A DNA stretch of 63,849 nucleotides, counting the filler, from Ferroacidibacillus organovorans (GTDB taxonomy: Bacteria; Bacillota; Bacilli; Alicyclobacillales; SLC66): the NCBI RefSeq assembly GCF_001642725.1. It is 6 parts of 6 records of this genome, joined end to end, with 100 filler letters (N's around TTAATTAATTAA, not from the genome) between each part and the next. Parts side by side here need not be neighbours in the genome. Positions count along the whole stretch, not along the records: positions 57,876 to 63,849 come from NZ_LSUQ01000097.1; 5 more parts are not named here. One strand, 5' to 3'. The position numbers were made by a program, and so were the translations under genes. The notes beneath the pieces are model-generated. The model saw nothing but the letters and a program-made list of their open reading frames with translations, was not told the origin of the DNA and did not search any database. This document shows positions 58,758 to 63,849 of this stretch, piece by piece (position 1 is the stretch's first letter; every line of letters begins with the position of its first letter).

Positions 58758-59975
58758 TCACGCCTCCCCCTCACTGTGGGCAAACGGCCACGCAGGAAGC
58801 ATGGCGCGCAACGCAGCATCTTGGCGATAGCCAAGGGCGTATTCCGCCTGCATAATCGTGTGAATCTCACGCGTTCCCTCGTAGATGACAGGCGCTTTCG
58901 CATTTCTCAAGTATCGCTCAACCGGGTATTCACTGGAGTAGCCATATGCACCGTGCACCTGAATCGCGTCACTCGCCGCCTCAAACGCCGCGTCACAAGA
59001 AACCCATTTGGCGAGGGATGTCTCCCGCGTATTGCGCACTCCGCGGTTTTTCAGCCAGCCCACCTTGGCGACGAGCAGACGAGAGATTTCAAGATTTGCA
59101 GCCATTTTCGCGATCATCTGTTGAACCAGTTGGTGCTCCCCAATCTTTTTTCCAAACGTCTCGCGCTGCTCACAGTACGCCAGTGACGCTTCGAGACACG
59201 CCATGATCGTGCCACAGGCGCCAGCCGCCACGGTGAAGCGGCCGTTATCAAGCGCCGACATCGCGATCTTAAAGCCTTCTCCCTCTTCACCAATGCGATT
59301 TTCAACAGGCACACGGACATCGTCAAAAATCAATTCCCCTGTATTGCCTGCGCGAATGCCTAGTTTTCCGTGAATCGGGCGCGTCGAAAAACCGGGCATC
59401 CCGCGTTCCACGACAAATGCGCTGATTCCCTTATGCCGCAAGTTTCGATCCGTATAGGCAAACACCAAAAAATGATCAGCTACATCCGAGAGCGAAATCC
59501 AGATCTTACTCCCCGAGAGCACGTAGTGATCTCCCTTAAAAACAGCCATGGAGTTCATGCCTGCGACGTCAGACCCGGCGTCGGGCTCGGTGAGTCCAAA
59601 CGCGCCAATCTTCTCTCCTTTAGCCTGGGGAACCAAAAATTTCTGTTTCTGAGCTTCACTCCCCCACTGGAGCATGGTCATCGAATTAAGCCCCGTGTGA
59701 ACAGACACCGCCGTGCGAAACGCAGTGTCCCCTCGCTCAAGTTCCTCACAGACGATCGCCAGCGTGTTGTAGTCCATCCCCGCGCCGCCGTATGCCTCGG
59801 GGATGCATACCCCCATCATTCCGAGGTCTGCGAGCTTGTGAAGAATCCCCGTTTCAAAGTGATGCGCTTCATCCCACGCCCTGATGTTCGGCATGATCTC
59901 GCGATCAACGAATGCGCGAACCAGTGCACGAACGGAGCCGTGCTCTTGACTCGGACTGAAATCGTACACGATCAT
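58758..59975 (-). CDS. Acyl-CoA dehydrogenase
   Basis: FGLTEPDAGSD, GSKIWIS, QVHGAYGY, IYEGTREI. Confidence 0.96.
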   Translation of the reverse strand: MIVYDFSPSQEHGSVRALVRAFVDREIMPNIRAWDEAHHFETGILHKLADLGMMGVCIPEAYGGAGMDYNTLAIVCEELERGDTAFRTAVSVHTGLNSMTMLQWGSEAQKQKFLVPQAKGEKIGAFGLTEPDAGSDVAGMNSMAVFKGDHYVLSGSKIWISLSDVADHFLVFAYTDRNLRHKGISAFVVERGMPGFSTRPIHGKLGIRAGNTGELIFDDVRVPVENRIGEEGEGFKIAMSALDNGRFTVAAGACGTIMACLEASLAYCEQRETFGKKIGEHQLVQQMIAKMAANLEISRLLVAKVGWLKNRGVRNTRETSLAKWVSCDAAFEAASDAIQVHGAYGYSSEYPVERYLRNAKAPVIYEGTREIHTIMQAEYALGYRQDAALRAMLPAWPFAHSEGEA

Positions 59976-60727
59976 CGCCCTCCATTCACATAGAGAACCT
60001 GACCTGTCACATAGGATGATTCATCACTTGTCAAAAAGGAAATGACGTTTGCAATATCACTCGGGACGCCCACTCGCCGCATTGGAATAACCTCAACCGC
60101 GCGCCGAATGTTCTCTTCCGGATCAAGACCGATGCGCGCCGCGGTCTGGCGCGTCATGTCCGTGTCAATAAAACCGGGGGCAACCGCGTTTACATTGATG
60201 TTAAACGGCCCAAGCTCAATCGCGAGCGTCTTTGTAAATCCTTGCAAGCCCGCCTTCGCGGCTGCGTAATTCGCCTGTCCCCGATTGCCAAGTGCTGACG
60301 TGCTGCTGAGGTTGACGATCTTTCCATAGCGGTTTTGCACCATCTGTTTCTGCGCCTCGCGTGAACAGAGAAAGCTTCCGCGCAGATGAACACTCATGAC
60401 GGCATCCCAATCCTCATCAGTCATCTTAAAGAGCAGATTGTCGCGCGTAAGCCCCGCATTATTCACCAGGATATCCAAGCTGCCAAACACGTTCACGACC
60501 TGTTCGACGGCCGCTTTGACACTTTCCGTTTGAGAGACATCACAACCAATCCCGATCGCTTGCCCGCCTGCCGCGCGAATCGCCTCCACCGTCTCTTGAC
60601 AGCTCTCTTCGCGCAGATCAATGACGGCCACCGCCGCGCCGTCTGCCGCAAGGCGGATCGCCGTCGCCGCGCCAATCCCTCTTGCCGAACCTGTTACCAT
60701 CGCAACACGTCCATCTTTTCTCGTCAC
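59972..60727 (-). CDS. SDR family oxidoreductase (FabG-like)
   Basis: TGSARGIG, NNAG, YAAAK. Confidence 0.94.
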   Translation of the reverse strand: MTRKDGRVAMVTGSARGIGAATAIRLAADGAAVAVIDLREESCQETVEAIRAAGGQAIGIGCDVSQTESVKAAVEQVVNVFGSLDILVNNAGLTRDNLLFKMTDEDWDAVMSVHLRGSFLCSREAQKQMVQNRYGKIVNLSSTSALGNRGQANYAAAKAGLQGFTKTLAIELGPFNINVNAVAPGFIDTDMTRQTAARIGLDPEENIRRAVEVIPMRRVGVPSDIANVISFLTSDESSYVTGQVLYVNGGR

Positions 60728-60757
60728 GAATCATCACTCCAATCCTTCAAGATAGAA

Positions 60758-61852
60758 CTACCACATCGCTCCGCGCGCAATATCGTGCGCACGCAGGATC
60801 ATTCTTCGCGCGTGCTCGCCGAGTTCTGCAAAACGCGGATCAGACGTCTGCCCTTTTTGGTAACGCGCATAGATTTGTTGCGCGATCACAGCCGCTTTAA
60901 AAGATGCAAAAACCATGTAAAAATCCATATGCAAGAGATCTCTTCCCGTGCGCTTTGCGTACGCCTCAGCGATTTTGCGACGCGTCATAAAACCGTAGCG
61001 TTCACCAAGACTCGTCACGCCGCGCAGCCCTTGATGTTCATCATCTGCTTCTACCCAGTAACTAAGCGTAATGGCCAGATCCGATAAAGGATCGCCGAGC
61101 GTTGTCATCTCCCAGTCGAGAACGCCCGTCACCAAAGCAGCGTCGCTCGGCGAGAGGAGCATGTTGTTGAACTTCAAATCGTTGTGAATCAACGTGTTTC
61201 CCGAATGCTCCGGAATGTGACGAAGCAACCAATGCGCAACGCCCTCAGCCTCCGGAATCTCCACCGTTTGCGCCATTGAGAACCTCTGAATAACCCCCTC
61301 CGTCTGTCGACGCATGTATCCATCTGGCCTGCCGAGCTTTGCAATCGCTTCACCCTCAATCGATAAATTGTGAAGGCGTACCATCGTCGAGAGCAGCGCT
61401 TCGGACATCTTTGCGCCCGTTTCCGCATTGCGCAGATAGGCCGTCGGCCACTGTCCGTCAACACACACACCCGTTTTTCGCTCCATCACATAAAAAGGAG
61501 CGCCAAGGATGGATGCATCGCTCACTACGAGATACGGCTTTGGCGCGAGTGGAAATACGTCACATATTAAGGAGAGAATGCGCGCTTCGCGAAGCATATC
61601 GTGGCTCTTCGGCGCAACAGGTCCGAGCGGTGGGCGCCGCAGCACGGCTTCCCAAGCGCCACATTTGATGAGATACGTGAGATTGGAGCGTCCCGCCGCA
61701 TATTGACGGACGGACCACTCCCCCTCCGGGAGATCCAAAATCCCCTCTTTTAAAAGAGGAACAATCGAGGACAGATCCAATTCTTCCCCTTTTCGCACGT
61801 CAATGATTTCTGTGTTATCATCCACTCGCTCATGCTGTTCGCGACGCGCCAT
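60758..61852 (-). CDS. Phosphotransferase family protein (APH/ACAD10-N-like)
   Basis: GRSNLTY, HDMLRE, HNDLKFNN, VLDWEM. Confidence 0.9.
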   Translation of the reverse strand: MARREQHERVDDNTEIIDVRKGEELDLSSIVPLLKEGILDLPEGEWSVRQYAAGRSNLTYLIKCGAWEAVLRRPPLGPVAPKSHDMLREARILSLICDVFPLAPKPYLVVSDASILGAPFYVMERKTGVCVDGQWPTAYLRNAETGAKMSEALLSTMVRLHNLSIEGEAIAKLGRPDGYMRRQTEGVIQRFSMAQTVEIPEAEGVAHWLLRHIPEHSGNTLIHNDLKFNNMLLSPSDAALVTGVLDWEMTTLGDPLSDLAITLSYWVEADDEHQGLRGVTSLGERYGFMTRRKIAEAYAKRTGRDLLHMDFYMVFASFKAAVIAQQIYARYQKGQTSDPRFAELGEHARRMILRAHDIARGAMW

Positions 61853-61870
61853 AACGTATCCTCCTCACCC

Positions 61871-62653
61871 CTAGACTTGCGAGGCAAATGCGTGAAAACT
61901 TCCCATGGAGAGCCTTTTGGTGACAGGCAACAGCGTGTTCACCACATCTTCTAGATCCTCATCGCGCAATTGGGAAGTAAACGCAATGCAGGCCATGACC
62001 AACAGCGGAACGTCATCCCCGCCAAAAATAGGGGCAGCGATCGCCGAGAGTCCTTCGCGCGACTCTCCATGCGAGACTGCATAACCGCGCTTTCGTGTCT
62101 CCAAAAGTCTCCTTCGCCACAAAAGGGGATCTGTCACGGTGCCTTCCGTATACTTCTGAAGTCCGCGAGCCGTGTATTTCTCCCATTCTTCCTCAGATTC
62201 AAATGCGAGAAAGCAGCGCCCAAACGCGGCAGCCGTCAGCGGAAATTGCTGACCAACGGAAACACTGATGCGAATCTCATCGCGCGGCGCCTCGGCTGTC
62301 GCAATGTACATCAAGCGATCATCGCGCATCCGTTGCACGAGCACTGTCGTCATGCCTGTCGCCGCGGCCACCTTACGCATTTCTTGCGTGGCGCACGCAA
62401 CAGAGTTGATCAGTTCAGACGCTCGATTGCCAAGAGGTATCAAATAAGGACCTAGCCCGTACTTTTTTGTCGCCTCATCGTAGTGCACAAAATCTTCGTT
62501 CACAAGCGTGCGCATCACGCGCAGACATGTCGTTTTACTGACATGAAGCGCCTCCGACAGCTCTGTCAATGTGCAACTTCTATACTTGTAGCGTGCGAGA
62601 AGTTTAAGCGCTTGCGCGGCCATGCTGACTGATGGAACATGGTAATCGGTCAT
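61871..62653 (-). CDS. IclR family transcriptional regulator
   Basis: N-terminal HTH; RKRGYAVS.GE, AIAAPIF. Confidence 0.92.
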   Translation of the reverse strand: MTDYHVPSVSMAAQALKLLARYKYRSCTLTELSEALHVSKTTCLRVMRTLVNEDFVHYDEATKKYGLGPYLIPLGNRASELINSVACATQEMRKVAAATGMTTVLVQRMRDDRLMYIATAEAPRDEIRISVSVGQQFPLTAAAFGRCFLAFESEEEWEKYTARGLQKYTEGTVTDPLLWRRRLLETRKRGYAVSHGESREGLSAIAAPIFGGDDVPLLVMACIAFTSQLRDEDLEDVVNTLLPVTKRLSMGSFHAFASQV

Positions 62654-63078
62654 GAAACGTCCTGCGTCGCAACCATCAGCGTGGCTTCCCCCGCGATGAC
62701 CACGCGCTCATCGCGGGTGCGCGCAAACACATCGCACACGACACGAGTCACGGCGCCTTCTTCAGCACGCTCTTTGACACGTCCACCACATGTGATCTCA
62801 TCACCGGGAAACACCATGCCGCGAAAGCGGACCTGCCAGTGTCTCAGTGTTCCTTGCTCACCGAGTAGGTCTGTCAAGAGTTGCCCCACAAACGCCATCG
62901 TGAGCATCCCGTGCGCAATGACGCCTGGCAACCCCGACGCAATCGCCTCTTCGTCCACCGTGTGGATGGGGTTAAAATCACCAGAAGCTCCGGCATATTG
63001 TACGAGTTGAATGCGCGACACGGGAGGCTTAGTGAGTGTCGGCAGTTCTTCATGAAGAGCAAACGAGAACGCCATCAC
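62650..63078 (-). CDS. MaoC-family dehydratase
   Basis: YAGASGDFNPIH, IAHGML. Confidence 0.92.
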   Translation of the reverse strand: MMAFSFALHEELPTLTKPPVSRIQLVQYAGASGDFNPIHTVDEEAIASGLPGVIAHGMLTMAFVGQLLTDLLGEQGTLRHWQVRFRGMVFPGDEITCGGRVKERAEEGAVTRVVCDVFARTRDERVVIAGEATLMVATQDVS

Positions 63079-63518
63079 AAAGCCACCTCCTTGTCGCGAA
63101 AGATGATGACAGACGTAGACTCTTCAAGAAGATCCCCATCCGCGTTGCGCACCTCTTGACCGTAAACTAAAAAGATCATCGCACCGAGCGATCCCACGCG
63201 TTCATACACGTCGCGAAGCGTTGTACTACAAAAAACCGTCATACCTGAATAAAGTGGTTCGTAATACGTAAATGACTGTTCGCCGTGGATCAGCCCTTCG
63301 CGCGCAAACGTCAATCCCTCGATTGAACCGTACTCAAACGTTCGGCTAAACGTGGGGGGGGCAAGCAAACGTCCGTCGCTACGCCGCGAATCATCGTGGT
63401 AGCGCGGATTAAAATCCCCGATTGCCGCGGCGAATCTGCGAATCGCGCCCTTCTCGATCTCATTGCGCACAGGCCGCGAAGAATGTCCCATCGATCGTCG
63501 AAAATCTTCAAACGTCAT
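63075..63518 (-). CDS. MaoC N-terminal-type dehydratase subunit
   Basis: IEKGAIRRFA.AIGD, APPTF, LIHGEQ; GAGGAGG RBS. Confidence 0.88.
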   Translation of the reverse strand: MTFEDFRRSMGHSSRPVRNEIEKGAIRRFAAAIGDFNPRYHDDSRRSDGRLLAPPTFSRTFEYGSIEGLTFAREGLIHGEQSFTYYEPLYSGMTVFCSTTLRDVYERVGSLGAMIFLVYGQEVRNADGDLLEESTSVIIFRDKEVAL

Positions 63519-63552
63519 CACGATATCCTCCTCGTCATCATCTGCGAGGCCG

Positions 63553-63849
63553 TCAGAACGGAAACACTGCGACTGCACATTGTGGATGAACGTCAAAGGT
63601 TGCATCCGTCATCTCATAAAGCGCCTCAAGTGATGTCGACGCTTGCCGCTCGACGAGTGTCATGCGCCCCTTGACAATGCGAAAGACCGCATGCTCTGTC
63701 ACGACGGTGTCCACGCACTGCGGCGCCGTCAACGGGTAAGCGCAGCGCGCGACAAGCTTCGCTGAACCTTGCGGTGTCGTGTGAGTCATCGCTGCAATCA
63801 CACGGCGTGCGCCCACCACGAGATCCATAGCTCCACCAACGCCGAGCAC
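63553..63849 (-). CDS. 3-oxoacid CoA-transferase subunit B, 3' part
   Basis: GVGGAMDLVVGA, YPLT, VVTEHAVF. Confidence 0.9.
   Translation of the reverse strand: MLGVGGAMDLVVGARRVIAAMTHTTPQGSAKLVARCAYPLTAPQCVDTVVTEHAVFRIVKGRMTLVERQASTSLEALYEMTDATFDVHPQCAVAVFPF

Noticed and set aside
57876..63849. Acyl-CoA catabolic cluster as a novel pathway
   Set aside because: Common beta-oxidation-type gene set; the substrate cannot be inferred from sequence.

Overview
Draft-genome pseudomolecule from a spore-forming Bacillota, probably Alicyclobacillaceae-like (inferred from gene content). Six contigs are joined by 100-nt N-TTAATTAATTAA-N linkers (13091-13190, 24382-24481, 35613-35712, 46703-46802, 57776-57875). 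The internal contigs shrink in order (11191, 11131, 10990, 10973 bp), so they are size-sorted and adjacency across the gaps is not biological. Contig 1: secreted phosphoesterase, Rieske oxygenase, GDSL-SLH protein, PAS/GAF/GGDEF cyclase, sortase plus substrate, broken LysM-Ig gene, MFS gene, IS256 end. Contig 2: core dapG-dapA-rnj-tepA-ylzJ-spoIIIE region with an inserted comB-comA-VOC operon. Contigs 3 and 4: mobile, ICE-like DNA with a large serine recombinase, Xre/Cro/ArpU regulators, a toxin-antitoxin pair, Flp/Tad genes, and a GNAT/VOC/caspase gene array punctuated by repeated paired dif-like sites. Contig 5: tandem dynamins, spore-coat genes, ferredoxin, GT-C-like protein, nucleoside ABC transporter, group IIC intron 3' end. 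Contig 6: acyl-CoA catabolic operon. Top finding: a yyaL (DUF255/thioredoxin-domain) gene, too short for the ORF track, is interrupted by a 54-nt gap whose cis-signals match T4 gene 60 programmed ribosomal bypassing: take-off UCG, UAG stop, C(UNCG)G hairpin, mini-SD and a matched landing UCG resuming S-T-C. Only 9 nt of resumed coding sequence are visible before the contig ends. Second finding: the dif-like paired-site cassette array.
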